Shown: piece by piece, positions 14,237 to 28,851 of the stretch | Position numbering within the stretch: the stretch's first letter is position 1 | How the letters are laid out: each line of letters starts with the position of its first letter | DNA from: the human T2T-CHM13v2.0 reference genome, Homo sapiens | Assembly: GCF_009914755.1 (NCBI RefSeq) | Contig: NC_060938.1 | Direction: 5' to 3' (one strand) | DNA: 64,000 nucleotides | Made by a program: the position numbers and the translations under genes | Notes under the pieces: generated by a model | The model's database searches: none | What the model was told of the DNA's origin: nothing | The model's input: the letters and a program-made list of their open reading frames with translations, nothing else

Positions 14237-16429
14237 ATGCTGGAATAAGATGGAAGCAACCCGTATTGCTTATTCAGTGGGCTCTAAATGAGTAACAATA
14301 AATATGGGCTGGTTGATACAACCAATATCAAATCATCACTATGACATTCAGATTTTTATCTTTTTCCTTTTCTTTTACCACAGCCTCCTACCATTTAATA
14401 TTATCTTACTGAATCTCTTACCTCACTTGCTCTCCAACTATCCTGTACTTTTGCTACTGCATGTATACAGACTCATAGGCCAGAGGCACAGTCTCAAGAT
14501 TTAAAAAAAATGAATAAATAAACAAAAACAGCTATGGTATCTTTGAGGAAAGAATGGAATTATACTGAGTTTTAGTACTAGTCGAATTTCTATGCTCAAG
14601 CTCTCTTTCAGCTCAAATAAAATGATCGCTTCTTATGAGAAAATTAGCTGCAGATCTAGAAAAGATTTATTCTTTTTGAAGAACATTAGTGTACTGCAAG
14701 ATGAAGAAATTAGAGAGATTATCTCATTATAGTAATCTCTATTTTTCTAGAGACAAAATATCTCTCTTTATCTTGTTCATCTAGATAGGCTAAATTTATT
14801 GGCAATGGGATCGAAGATACCTTGTGTCAACATGTCAGAAAGAAATAAAAGCAGCACAGTCCTTCAGCACTAGGTTGAGAAGATAGGATTTTAATCAATG
14901 TTGACATTGGGGAAATTCTGAATAGGCATAGAAGAAGTCATAATAAAGACAATAAATATGAGTAGGTAAAACAATAAATTGAGCATCTTTGGGGGAAGAG
15001 AAATCACAAGAAAGACAACAATGTTCATTTTATCAAAAGCTCTTTTTTGTTGGTTTTGTTTGAAACTGGGTTGCTAATTAGGGGTGTAGACAGAGTAATT
15101 TTTCATATCGAAAAGTTCCAGGGAAAAGCTACTCCATGTCAGTAATTCCTTGAAACAAGAGAAAGTTACCTTACCAACTGTGAGAACCCATAAGAGAAAG
15201 CAGCTAGGTTGGCTTCTCTGGTACAGTAGAAGCAGAGAAATGGTCAAAAACATTCCCTAACAAGAATGGAAGCTAAGATATGCATCAAACTTTGATCTTT
15301 CTCATTTTACTAACATAATGACAAAATAAAGAACTATTCACAGAGACTAATTTTGTTTTGATGTGACACTTATATGTGATATTTCAAAAATCAGATTAAT
15401 TAAATGTTTTGAACTACCTACTGTGACATACGCCATCAACAAAATTGACACAACTCATACAAAACAAAATCTGCTTATTTCTCATATTAATATATTTGAC
15501 ATTAATTTGATCACATATGTAAGTAATCAAGTAAGTCCCTGTTCAGAATAAAAATTAGAGAGACTCAATTTTTTAACCACTCATTCCTTAAAGTTATAAT
15601 GCACAATTATCAATAAATATGGCATTCAGTAGAAATAATTTTGTTTTCATACTATTTGTCAAAGAACACACTCACAACCTATTAAGGCAAAATCTATTTT
15701 GAGATTATAATTGATGTGTACTCATAATTTAACAGTATCCTTTAAAAAGAAAAGAGACAAACTCGTTTACTTGTGTGTGTGTATATGTGCTTCATTTCGT
15801 CTTACCCTGGTTCAAAATATGTATCAAAATACTTAGAGGCAATAGAGATATTTAAATCTATTAGTGTATTTTTGAAATATAATCTTGTTTCTCATTGAAT
15901 TTATTTTTAAATAGAAAATTAATTGTAGACAGATTATTGTATTCCAAGATAAAATTTTCAGGTGTTACCTCAAGGAAATATTGTATATTATGAAAAAACA
16001 AAAACAAAAACAAAATACAGTTACAAAGTGAAAAGTAATTTTAAATACTGATTCAAAGTAATGATAAAATTTTTTTTACAAATCTTCAGTATAAAATTGT
16101 AGTCTTATTACAACCAAAGCCTTCAAAATATGAGTTTTTATATCTTTTAATACCAATATCCATCTGATTAATATTGTTAATAATATAATGCCATTATTAA
16201 GAGGACTGCATATTTTCTGTACTTTGCCTTAACACAGAGTTAATTGAAATTTTTTTTAGATGTGTTTGCTTGTAATATGTAAGCTGAAAGGCCAATTCCT
16301 TTAATCTCACTACTTTTGTACAATTAACAAATCTCTAGTGAATTGGGTTGTATTTCCAAAAGTTCTAAATGCTGTGCATCATTATCATGAAACTGGAAAT
16401 GATTAAATGTATTACATATTTAAATATTT

Positions 16430-16560
16430 TGTTTAGTCATTTACTAGAAAACATTTATTGAATTATTATTATGCACCAGACACTGTAACAAAAAATATAA
16501 GTAGGGAAATTTTGAGGCATACAGTTTTAAGGTGTGAGAACAACATATAGCTATAACTAA
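16430..16560 (-). mobile_element. L2 3' end remnant
   Basis: 'acatttattgaattattattatgcaccagacactg'. Confidence 0.5.
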
Positions 16561-17368
16561 TTTCATAATATCTTTCTATTTAAGCACATCAGCAGATTAG
16601 ATGATATTAAATTGTCTCATTGATATTCATTATATGATTACCCAAAACAATACACAGAAATACTAAAAATTAGCCAAAAACCTTGGAAATTTAAAGAAAA
16701 CATATTTGTTAAAATCTGAGTGGGTTTGTAATTTTTGAATTACTGATAGCAAATCATTAAAGATGATCTATTTAGACACAATCTAATAATAGTTTCTCAA
16801 AAAATACTGGACACATGTTAATTAATACCACCATGTCCAAATAATATACAGGATTTTATGTGAGTAGCATGGAGATCATGCACGATATCACCATAATGTA
16901 GATAGAAAAACTAAAGTAAAATGAATGAGAAAGTTGAGTTATACACAATAAATTTGACAGGTCTTAGAAAATTAAAGACAAAATGAATATATTCTAAGAA
17001 TATAATATTCCTAGGAATTTAGAAAATTTTTTAAAAGTATGTATAGAACATACTATCATCATATATTTTATTATATATATAAATTCACACACACAAAGAC
17101 ACACACACAAATACTACTATGGTATGTGTAGTTAATGTTAGTATTAAGTTTTAAAGTTTATTTCTTACTTTGTATCATCTATTTTCTGCAATACAATGTA
17201 ATATAGGTCTAAAATCAGACATTAAATTTTTTGTTTTTAGAATTTTTAATATTTTAAAATGTATTTTATTTTTAAACTTAAATTTTAAGATTTAAAAGTT
17301 ATATTAGTAATAAGTACTTTAACACTGATTGTTTTCTGTACTGTCAAGCTTGATAATATTTACAGGGG

Positions 17369-17674
17369 TTTTTTTTGTTGTTGTTTTTTTTTTTGAGATG
17401 GTGTCATGCTCTGTCACCCAGGCTGGAGTGCAATGGCACCGTCTCGGCTCACTGCAACCTCTGCCTCCCAGGGTCAGTGATTCTTCTGCCTCAGCCTCTC
17501 GAGTAGCTGGGATTACATGTACCCGCCATGATGCCCAGCTAATTTTTGTATTTTTGTAGAGATGGGGTTTCACCATGTTGGCTAGGCTAGTCTTGAACTC
17601 CTGACCTCAGGTGATATGTCCACCTCAGCCTCCTAAAGTGCTGGGATTACAGGCGTGAGCCACCGCGCCCAGCC
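17369..17674 (-). mobile_element. AluS (Sx-like)
   Basis: Full antisense dimer, 'ctgacctcaggtgat'. Confidence 0.95.
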
Positions 17675-17809
17675 TACAGTTGTTTTTAAAACTATAATCT
17701 TATCTGGCTCATTTCTATTTTGATTCCCAAAGATGGGCATCAATAAATGCCATTAATTTTCATGAATATACAAATATTGTTTATAACCATATCAACAGTT
17801 TGCCCAGGT

Positions 17810-17912
17810 AATGTTTCCTTCCCTGTTTGGTTCCAATGCCATGTCCACAATATGTCTAAACACCTCTAACAGTGCCTGCCACATAATAGGTACTCAAAAT
17901 GATTTGATGAAA
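17810..17912 (+). mobile_element. L2 3' end remnant
   Basis: 'aacagtgcctgccacataataggtactcaa'. Confidence 0.6.
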
Positions 17913-18289
17913 GAGTAATAATTATGCCTAAGTTTAGACATGATAAATATAGAGTGAATATTTTAAATTGTAACATATTTAATCAGAAAATTATCTGAAA
18001 CATATGGTTTAGAGGTCTTATTTTCTTGTTGAATAAGAAAGAGATATTGACTACTGAGACCACTTATAGCATTTTCTTTTAAAAAAACATGAAGGTGAAG
18101 ATTAAAAGAACAGGAAGAAAGTAAATAAACTGCAGCCATGTAAAGGTTGTATAATATAACATGAGCTTCTACTGTGATAACAAACAACTGTATAAAGGTA
18201 ATGTCAATTGAACTTTCTCCCAATTGTTTTGACAGAATGCATACCAATTTCTTTTTTTTTCAATCAACTTCTATCATTACAATTGCCAA

Positions 18290-18640
18290 GAATACCAATT
18301 ACCAGTTGCTAAGGTATTTGGCTCACGTGCCTTATATTCTATTTGTGGAACACAGTAAACATTAAAGTAACATAATAAATATTTCAGGCAGTGATAAATT
18401 GCTTGATGGAGGCAAAACAGCATATAGTTACAGAGATTAACTTTATTGAGGATGTGGCATTGCACTTATGTCTGAAAGGTAATTCTGCTTATCAAGCTAA
18501 GATTTAAAGGAAATAGCTGTTCAGTCAATGGTAACAGTTACTGTAAAAGCTTTAAAGCTAGAGTAGATTCAGTGGACTAGAGAAGAAAGAAGGACTTTGT
18601 TCAACAAGCAGAGTGAAGAAAAGTACAAGGAAATTGTTGA
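18290..18640 (-). mobile_element. L2 remnant
   Basis: 'gaggatgtggcattgcacttatgtctgaaagg', 'aacagttactgtaaaagc'. Confidence 0.45.
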
Positions 18641-19399
18641 TATTTAGTGAGTATTTTTGAGGACATGGCTCACCATGTTAACACAAATACAAGAGAGGAA
18701 TAATTTACAGGTGTATGATATATCCTTTTCATTTATACAATCTCCTATTTCACTTTATAAAATAATTGCAATACGAATTTGTTGCACCTAACTAAAAATT
18801 AATATATGGCAAACAACTGTAGTGATGACCAGTTTTTAAGATCTAATATATTTTATTTTTATCAACTGACTGAAAGGTTCAAATTAGTTATATATACAAT
18901 TAGAAACTCAAGAAGAAAATTATCTATGCGTATGTTGTTTCATACCATCTTAGAAAATATTAATTATATTTACCTGAAGAAAGTTGGTAGATTGCCTGCA
19001 GTGACTAAAAGATTATTGTATCACAAACAAACATTTCTAAATTTACTTTCATTTTTTTTAAATACACAGCAATACACAAATCCATTATCTTCTGAACTAG
19101 GGAGACCATTAGACTGTGGAAAAATTTTGAATGCCAAATATTAACCATTCTTAGATTTCAAGATGTTAATATACAATATCATGGATTTTTCATGCAAATC
19201 TATTCTTTTGTCACATTTTGGTTCAGTGGTCTAGAAAATCCTGTTCTAGAAATTCAGATGTTTTAATCAGGACTTCAAATAAACGTTGTTGCAAGGATGT
19301 CGAAGGAGAAAATAGAAGTAGTGGCATAGACAGCTCTTTTATATTCTAATATTAGAATATAATAAATAAATAATTATATATAATAAATATATTTTATAA

Positions 19400-21050
19400 T
19401 AAATAAAATAAATATACAATAAAAAAGCTATATTAAAATTTACATAAAATAAAATGCACCCATTATAAGTATACAGTCCAACGGCTTTTAACAAATGTTT
19501 ATACTCCTTTAGATTTACCACCATTAGATTCCAAATATAAAACTTTTTCTCTGATATTCTTTTATTTCTAAAGTCAATTTTTTTTTCATTTCTGGCCTCA
19601 AGAAGCCCATGATCTCCTTTCTATCACAATAAATAAATTAGACTTAAGTGTCCTAGCATTTAACAAATATTGTATCACTCAGTAATTCCTATTTTGTACA
19701 TATTTGCTTTCTCTTAGCCTGCTTTTAAGGTTTATATGAGCTACTACATTTATAATAATGGTTTATAATATTTTTGAGCAGTATTCCATTGAATGCATAA
19801 GCTATAATATATTTATCTATTGACCTAGTGATGGTCATTTAACTTGCTTTCAATTTTCAGCCCTATGAATAAAACTTCTATGAAAGTCATGTAGAAGATT
19901 TTATGTAGATATATATTTGATTTATCTTGTGTATATATATAAGGATACAGTTTCTGTACCATACGATAAGCTAATATTTAGGTTTATTAGAACTGACGCA
20001 TGGTTTTCCAAAGTGGTTATACAATTTTACATGTCCCTCAACAAATTATGAAAGTTCCCATTGCATAACCTCCTAACATTTGGCATTATCTTTTTAATTT
20101 TAGTAATTACAGGCTGTGTGATATCAAAGTTGCATGATATCTCATTGTGGTATTATTTGATGACTAATAAGGCTTGACATCTGTTTATGCAATTATTGGA
20201 GATTCATGTATCTTATATTTCCCTGAAGTGACTGTTCAAATATGTTGGCAATATGCAGAGAGTGTATGTTATTTTATTGTGGAGTTGTAGGAGTTCTTTG
20301 TATATTTTGGATACATATTCTGTCTCAGAAATACGCGTTGCAAGTGACTTCTCCCAGCCTGTCACATATATTTTTCTCTCCTTTTTATTTTTTCTAAATT
20401 TCAACTTTTATTTTAGATATAGGAGGTATATGAGCAGTTTTCTTATATGGGTATATTGCACCTAGGTAGTAAGCAAAGTATCCAATAGGTAGTTTTTCAA
20501 CCCACACTCACTCCCTGCCTCCCAGCTCTGCTTGTTCCCAATGTCCATTATTCTCATATGCTCAATGTTTACCTCCCACTTATAAGTGGGAACATCTAAT
20601 GTTTGGTTTTCTGTTCCTACATTAATTTGCTTAGGGCAATGGCCTCCAGCTATATCCATGTTGCTACAAAGGATGTGATTGCATTCAATTTTTAAGGCTG
20701 TGTAGTACTCCATGGAGTATATGTACCACATTTTCTTTATCTGACTCACCACTGATGGACATTGATTATGTCTTTGCTCTGGGGAATAATATAGCAATGA
20801 CCATATAAGTGCATGTGTCTTTTTTATACCCAAAGGAAAATAGATCATTACATTTTCATTTTTTTTTTAACAATGACTTTGGAAGGGTGAATTTTTCATT
20901 CTGATGAAGTTCAATTTATCAGTTTTTTTCTTTAATGTTTCATGCTTTATGTACCCTACATAGAAATTTTTGCTTACCAATTAGTGCAAATAATTTTTAT
21001 TATATCTTTTAAAAGTGTATGTTTGTATTCCTGTATTTTAGGCCTGTAAT
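19400..21050 (-). mobile_element. L1MB/ME 3' region (antisense), interrupted at 20371-20850
   Basis: 'aaaatgcacccattataagtatacagt', 'gttttccaaagtggttatacaattttac'; resumes at 'attctgatgaagttcaatttatc'. Confidence 0.8.
20371..20850 (-). mobile_element. L1PA15/16- or L1PB-like 3' end with a ~26-bp 5' inversion
   Basis: 'cccacttataagtgggaacat', 'atggcctccagctatatcc'; 20825-20850 is sense-strand L1. Confidence 0.85.
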
Positions 21051-21436
21051 TTCATATAATAAAAAATAATATCAATTATATGCAATCTGTTCCAGAGATA
21101 ATAAAGTCTGTTTGGATTTTGTTACTTATAATGAGAATTTCAGTATTCTCTCACTGTTGATCAATCTTGGAAGGAGTTATAGAGTTTATTTGTGTTTATG
21201 AAAAAGCTATTTTTAACACTGCTAATCTTTTCTATCAATTGCTTTTTTCTAATTCATTTATTTTTGCTCTTTAACATTTTTTTCTTCTGCTTTCTTTGGG
21301 CTGATATTAATTACCATGATGTTATCAATGCTATTATTCTTATTTTTTTATTTTCTAATATATGTATTGAAAGCTATCAAATATCTTCTAAATTTTGTTT
21401 TGCCTGCATCTTACCAGTTTAATATTTTTCTCAAAT

Positions 21437-21800
21437 TGTATTAGTTCATTTTCATGCTGCTGATAAAGACATGCTGGGGACTGGGTATTTTATAAAGAAA
21501 AAGAGGTTTAATGGACTTACAGTTCCACGTGGCTGGAGAGGCCTCATAATCATGGTGGAAGGTAAAAGGCATGTTTTACATGGCAGCAGGGAAGAGAGAG
21601 AGTTGTACAGGGAAACTCCCATTTTTAAAACCATCAAATCTCACAAATCTCATGTGACTTATTCACTGTCATGAGAAAAGCACTGGAAAAACTCGCCCCA
21701 TGATTTAATTACCTCCCACGAGTTTCCTCCCATGACGTGGGAATTGCGGTAGTTACAATTCAAGATAAAATTTGGGTGGTGACACAACCAAACCATATCA
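21437..21800 (-). mobile_element. THE1B/C solo LTR
   Basis: tgtattag...aaaccatatca termini; imperfect 5-bp TSD caaat/cacat. Confidence 0.92.
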
Positions 21801-22659
21801 CACATCTACCTATATTTGAAAATATATTTTATAATTTATATTGTGATTTACATTTTGAATCATTAGTTCATTATAAGTAAAATTTTTTTATAAGTAGTTG
21901 GAAATTTTTAACTATATTATTGACTATCTTAATCATCTTATGATAAAAAATTGATGTATTTTAAAAAATATATTCACATTTGATTCATAATGGTTTGTGC
22001 TCAGTTTTGATAAATATTCCATGTAGACTTAAAAGAATGTGAATTGCCTTGATTGGGAGTCGATTTTGTTTCTTTAGATTAGATTAATTATACAGCTTGT
22101 GCTCTCAGATCTATTATACTATTACCAATTATTTCTCTTTATTATATTAGCTATTAACAGTGGTGTATAAATGTCTCCCATTATTTGAATATGTATGGAT
22201 ATATATACATAGATGTGTGCCTATATGTAAATGTGTGCCTATGTTTATATATGTGTATATATTTACATTTGTGTTTTTTAAATTACGAAATATGCCTCAT
22301 TATCTAGTGATTTATTTTTTCTTAAAATGTACTTTAATTACAATTAGTACAGCTGTAATATATTTTCTTGTTTTGTGTTTACATTATATTATATTGTATC
22401 CTTTTGCTTTTTAAGCTTTCCATGCCCTTATCTATAAGAAACTTATCTTTAAAGAAACATGAAGTTATGTTTTGCATTTTGTTTTCAGACATAGTGTTTT
22501 TCCCGAACTATTTGCCATTTTATTCATCAATTTTTCACATTCATTTTTTTCATTTTACTTAATTACTCTACAAAATAATTTTTCCACTTTCTCAGTGAAT
22601 AATTTGTGAGTTATGCATTTTTAAAATTGTGTTAACAATTTTTTAATATATATTGCAAC

Positions 22660-24414
22660 ATGAATATTTTAACAATATTAATTCTTCTAATCCATGAACA
22701 CAGGATATCTTTCAATTTCTAATGTTTTCTTCAATTTCTTTTATCAGCATTTTATAGTTTTCTATATATAGAACTTTTACCTTTTTGGATAAATTTATAA
22801 TTAATTTTTTTATTAGTTAATGAAGAATTAATATTGTTGAAATATTCATACAACCAAAGCGACCTACACATTTAGTGATATCCTTATCAAAATGTATTCT
22901 CATTTTTCACAGAAATAGAAACAAAAGCCATGAATGTGTACGTAACCACAAAACATCCTGAATAGCCAAATCAAGGTAATCTTAAGCAAAAAGAAAAAGC
23001 TGAAGCCACCATACTCCCTGATTTTAGAATATACTTTAAAACTATTGTAATCAAAAGAACATGGTGCTGGCATAAAAACAGACATACTGATAAATTGAAG
23101 AGAACAGAACCCAGAAATAAACCTAGGCTTTTATGGCCAATTGAGTTTTGACAAAGATGCCAAGAACACAAAATGGGGAGAGGACATTCCCTTCAATAGA
23201 TAGTGTTGTGAGAACTGGATATCTACATGCAGAAGAAATAAATTGGATCCTTAACTCACAATATATAAAATAATCAACACAAAATACACTAAAGACTCAA
23301 ACATAAGACCTGAAACTGTAAAATTACTGAAAGAAAACATGGGGGAGAAAGTGACACAACATTGGCCTATGCATTAATGTTTTTAGATAGTACCCGGGAA
23401 GCACAAGCGATGAAAGAAAAATAGACAAATGGAACTACATTAAACAAAAAAGTTTCTGCACCTTAAGGAAAGAATTAACAGAGTGAAGAGATGACCCTCG
23501 GAGTGTGAGAAACTATTTGTAAACTATGTATCTGATAAGGAGCTATTCCCTGATATCTAAAATATATCAGGAACTCAAGTAAGAAAACAAATTATCCATT
23601 TTAAAAATGGACCAAAGACCTGAAGATACATTTCTCAAAAGAAGATAGATAAATGGCCAACAGATTGATTACAATATGTTTAACATAACTAATCATGAGT
23701 GAAATAGAAATTAAAATTACAATGTAATATCACTTCACACTTGTTAGGATGACTATGATCAAAGAGAAAAAAAAGTTGGTAGGTTATAGAGAAAAGGAAA
23801 TCCTTGTGTACTGTTGGTGTGAATGTAAGTTTGTATAGGCATTTTGGAAAACAGTATGGAGGGCCCACCAAAAAAGAAATAGAGTTGCCTTATGATTTGG
23901 CAGTTCCACTTCTCGGTACATATCCAAAGGAATTGAAATCGATAGGTTGAAGAGATACATGAACTCTGATGTTCACTGTAGCATTATTTACAATTACCTA
24001 GATACAGAATCAACCCAAATGTCCATTGCCAGATGAATGGATTTTAAAAAATGTGGTTTATACACATCACAAAATACGATTCAGCCTGATAAAAGAAATT
24101 ATTTTATTTGTAACATCATGGATGAACCTGGAGGAAAATATTTAAGTGAAATAACCCAGAAACAGAAAGACAAAAACAGCATAATCTCACTCATATGTGA
24201 ATCTAATGTAGTCAAACTATAGATGTAGAGAGTAGAATGGTGGTTACCGGAGGATTGATGTAGGAACAGTGAGGGAGGGGACCGGGGGATGTTGGTCAAA
24301 GTGTACAAAGTTACAGTTAGATAGGAGAAATGTTTTTGAGATCTTTTGCATAGCAGGATACCTATAGTTAATAATAATGTACTATATATTTCAAAATAAA
24401 GAGTAAATTTCAAA
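22660..24414 (+). mobile_element. L1MA-type element with 5' inversion (22660-22820 antisense); 3' end missing at the young L1
   Basis: Sense ORF2/3'UTR from 22822; 'caaagtgtacaaagttacagttagataggag'. Confidence 0.88.
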
Positions 24415-25309
24415 TGGCTTAGGATTGACTTGGTGATGCGGGCTCTTTTTTGGTTCCATATGAACTTTAAAGTAGCATGAACAGACACTTCTCAAAAGAA
24501 GACATTTATGCAGCCAAAAAACACATGAAAAAATGCTCACCATCACTGGCCATCAGAGAAATGCAAGTCAAAACCACAATGAGATACCATCTCACACCAG
24601 TTAGAATGGCAATCATTAAAAAGTCAGGAAACAACAGGTGCTGGAGAGGATGTGGAGAAATAGGAACACTTTTACACTGTTGGTGGGACTGTAAACTAGT
24701 TCAACCATTGTGGAAGTCAGTGTGGCGATTCCTCAGGGATCTAGAACTAGAAATACCATTTGACCCAGCCATCCCATTACTGGGTATATACCCAAAGGAC
24801 TATAAATCATGCTGCTATAAAGACACATGCACACGTATGTTTATTGCGGCATTATTCACAATAGCAAAGACTTGGAACCAACCCAAATGTCCAACAATGA
24901 TAGACTGGATTAAGAAAATGTGGCACATATACACCATGGAATACTATGCAGCCATAAAAAAGGATGAGTTCATGTCCTTTGTAGGGACATGGATGAAATT
25001 GGAAACCATCATTCTCAGTAAACTATCGCAAGAACAAAAAACCAAACACCGCATATTCTCACTCATAGGTGGGAATTGAACAATGAGATCACATGGACAC
25101 ATGAAGGGGAACATCACACTCTGGGGACTGTTGTGGGGTGGGGGGAGGGGGGGATAGCATTGGGAGATATACCTAATGCTAGATGACGAGTTAGTGGGTG
25201 CAGTGCACCAGCATGGCACATGTATACGTATGTAACTAACCTGCACAATGTGCACATGTACCCTAAAACTTAAAGTATAATAATAAAAAAAATAAATTAA
25301 AAAAAAAAA
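24415..25309 (+). mobile_element. Young 5'-truncated L1 (L1PA2-class) with 61-bp 5' inversion and no TSD
   Basis: 24415-24475 is antisense L1; ORF2 C-terminus 24477-25079; 'gatgacgagttagtggg'; A tail. Confidence 0.97.
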
Positions 25310-26739
25310 CTGATGAAAAGTAGGAAGCAAAAGCTTGAAAATTCTTTAGAAAAGGCATATGGGCCTCTTATATTTTGTAGTCTCTCAAGACAGGGAGTGG
25401 TGATTATAGAGAGAAGATATTTTTCTGCATACATGTTCTTATTACTATCACAGAGTTTATCATAATACATTCTGGATAAAATTAGCTAAATGTATAAATA
25501 AAATGTAGCTGAATATTTACTTCAACCCTTTTCTTGGTTTGGTTGCCCTTGTTAGATATTCATTATGTCAGGTTTGATTCTATTTTACAACTAAAGATTA
25601 TGGCATAACTGTAAGACTGAAATAGGCATAATTCTGATTTAGTTTCTAGCAACTGGAATACTTCCTCTTTTATATTTTCCCTTTTGTCTTAACACTACAA
25701 ATGAAACATTATTTTATTTATATTTAAATATGGACAATTTTTATTGACATGTAACATATAATTAATTAATTAAACATTAAAAATCTTGACCCCACACCTC
25801 CTTCTAGTTTCATTACTATCTAGTTTTAGCATGTTTACAGTGAAATAAATTGCCCACATATTCTAATGTGCTGTGTCCAACTCTCAATCTATTGTAATGT
25901 ATGTACTAGCTTTATTATTTTTTGAAAAGCTACTCACTCATGTAAATAATGAACAAAAATTCTGTGAAAACAAAGTTCTTATCTTGCTGTTTTTCTTCAC
26001 AGCATTGGAAAGTATCCAGCTAGACATGAGAGGATGTGACTGGAGGAAGACAGCAATGTGTAAAGGAACATGGCCAATTATTAGGAAATTACAGAAATTC
26101 TAGAGCACATTCTATGATTGGTACCAAAGAGCTATGGGTAAGTTTGTCCAAATAATCAGATCTCTTATTTCCATTCACACAATCTAATGCAATGTCAAAA
26201 GAGCTACATAGGCAGTTTGTCTAAACTAGTGGTTTCTAAGCCTGACAGATAGCATCCCAGTTGTAATAGCTTTACAGCCTCTGTGATCAGAAATGAATTT
26301 AAAGTAAGTGGCCTTAAACAAGACCATTAACAGTATGAGCCGAAGGAGAGAATAAAGACAGACACTTAATTATGTGGCAGGAGCATCTGAATGGACCAAC
26401 AGAGCGCGATTAACTCTGATGAAGAGGTTGAAATATATTATATGTTAAAGCACAAGGATATAAGATTCATTTTGGATATGTTGATAGTAGGCTTCCAATA
26501 AGACAATCAAGTTGGAAATTTTATATATGAATCTAGTTTTCAAAAAACAAGATGTAGGTAAGAGAAATAAACTTTATATATACTAAAAAAGCCTTTGTAG
26601 GGTAAGATATTGTGATAGAGGGTCTAGGTAGAGATGGTGGGAGGGTAATGAGGAAATGCATGCTGATATAGTATATACCTTGTTACCTCAGTTACAATAG
26701 AGAAAAACCAACATTGTAATACGATGAGTGCCCAGATAA

Positions 26740-28135
26740 AAATGTGTTTTTTTTTAAAATGACAACTAATTCTAAAATGTACATGTAAATGCAAAGGACT
26801 AACAATAACAAAAATTATAAAAATAAAAAACAAAGTTGGATGACTCACACAGCATGATTTCAGGCTTATTACAAAGCAAACAGTAAGTAAGATTACAAAA
26901 TGTTGCTGTTAAAATAGCCATATAGATTAATGGGAAAAAAAGACAGATCAAGAAAAAACTCTCAAATGTATAACCAATTAACTTTAAATAAAAACATAAT
27001 GGCAATTCAAAAATAAACAGAAAATATCATTAACTAATGGTTCTAGAATAATGAATATTCATCTGTAAGAAAAATGAAATCCCACCCTTGCCTAATATCA
27101 CATACGAAAATTAGATTAAAATAAATCATAGACCTAATTGTGAGCACTTAAATTACAAATATCTCAGAAAATAAACATGAGAGAAAATCTTTGTGCCCTT
27201 AAGTTTAACAGAGATTTCTTAAATAGTACACACCAATTATATAAATTACATGACTTAATCAAAACTTTTAAAACTAACTCTTTTAAACAGACTCAAAAGA
27301 AAATAAAAAGGCACAACACAAGCTAATAGAAAATGTTTTATAAGTACATATCGAATAGATAATTTTATTCAGATTCTAAACCTACAGATGGCAAATAAAT
27401 GCTTGAAAAGATGGTCAACCTTATTAATCATCAGAATAATAAAAATTAAACAACAAAAATACCATTGGCCTAACCATTAGATGGCTAAAATTTATAAAGC
27501 TAACCATAAAAAGCATTGGTGAGGAATAACAGAAATTCTAACTTGTTTGTGGAGATCTAAAATGATATAACCAGTTAGGAATGCAATTTTGCAGGTTCTT
27601 ATAGAGTTAAACATAAAGTTACCATTGATTGGCCCAGCAATTCCACTCTTAGTTATTTATCTATGAGTAATGAAAAGATATATCCATAATAAAGACATGT
27701 TCTGGTAGATTCATAGAGGAATTTTTCATAATTGAGAAAAACTGGGACCAATATAAATATCCACCAACTGGTGAATGAATAAACAAATTATGGTATTAAC
27801 ATAAAATGGGATATCATCCCATAATACAAAGGGACTATGGATATATGCAAGAGTGTCAGTGAATCACAAAAAGCATAATGCTGAGCAAAATAAAACATAT
27901 AAAGAAGATGCCACACTCTAAAATTTAATTTATAACAAATGATATAAAATGAAAACTGTAGCGAAAGAAAGCAAATCATTATGTGTCATTGGCAAGAGGA
28001 CGGGACTGATTGCAAAAAGGCAAAAGGAAATTTTGAGGGTTATTGGAAATGAGCTACATGATTATGTGGTGATTATTTAACTTGATACGCTGACAAAACT
28101 CACCAAATCGTATCTACAGTATTGCTGACAAATGA
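26740..28135 (+). mobile_element. L1ME-type ORF2/3'UTR
   Basis: 'cccagcaattccactcttag', 'gaatcacaaaaagcataatgctgag'. Confidence 0.8.
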
Positions 28136-28851
28136 GAAAAATTAAAAATATAAGAATATTTGCGGGATCAATGGCAAGACATACCAGAACATCTGTAGTA
28201 TCAATATATCATGATATATAGCACCTATTGGCATATACATTACAAGATCGATTGCAACAAACAGCAATATAAACCTATGAATGAGAGTTTTGTTTAGGAT
28301 AGTAAAATTATGTTTGAGAAGGTTACATAAATAATATCATAAAATATATTCTCTGGATCATTTATAGATAAGTTATTGCATGAAAGTTCAAAAGGTAATT
28401 CATGAAGACCAACAGGATAACATTTAGGTGGTTGATATTATAAAATTAAAATTTATTATAAAGATTTTTATATTTCATAAAAAAATTATTAAATATTTTA
28501 CCTTAAACCATGGAATGTATAGATATTACACATTGACATTTATAAAAACATTAATTATTTTAATGTTGCTGCCTGTTTTTCTGAAATTAAGTGTCTGTTT
28601 ATGGTATGCTACCAGCCTATCTATATTTAAGGGGTGGAAGAAAGCAATTGATACCTTCAAGTTAAAGTGGCATTTAAAAATGGCCATGAATATTCTGATG
28701 CTTTCTGAATCAAATGTTAGTTTTAAAAAGTATGTTTAAAATTGTATTAGAAATTATATAAATGATTTTAGGATTTTGTTGTAAAATTAATGTATGTGTA
28801 TCACCTACAAGATTTCTAATAGCTGTGCATTTAAAGTCTTCAGTACAGATT

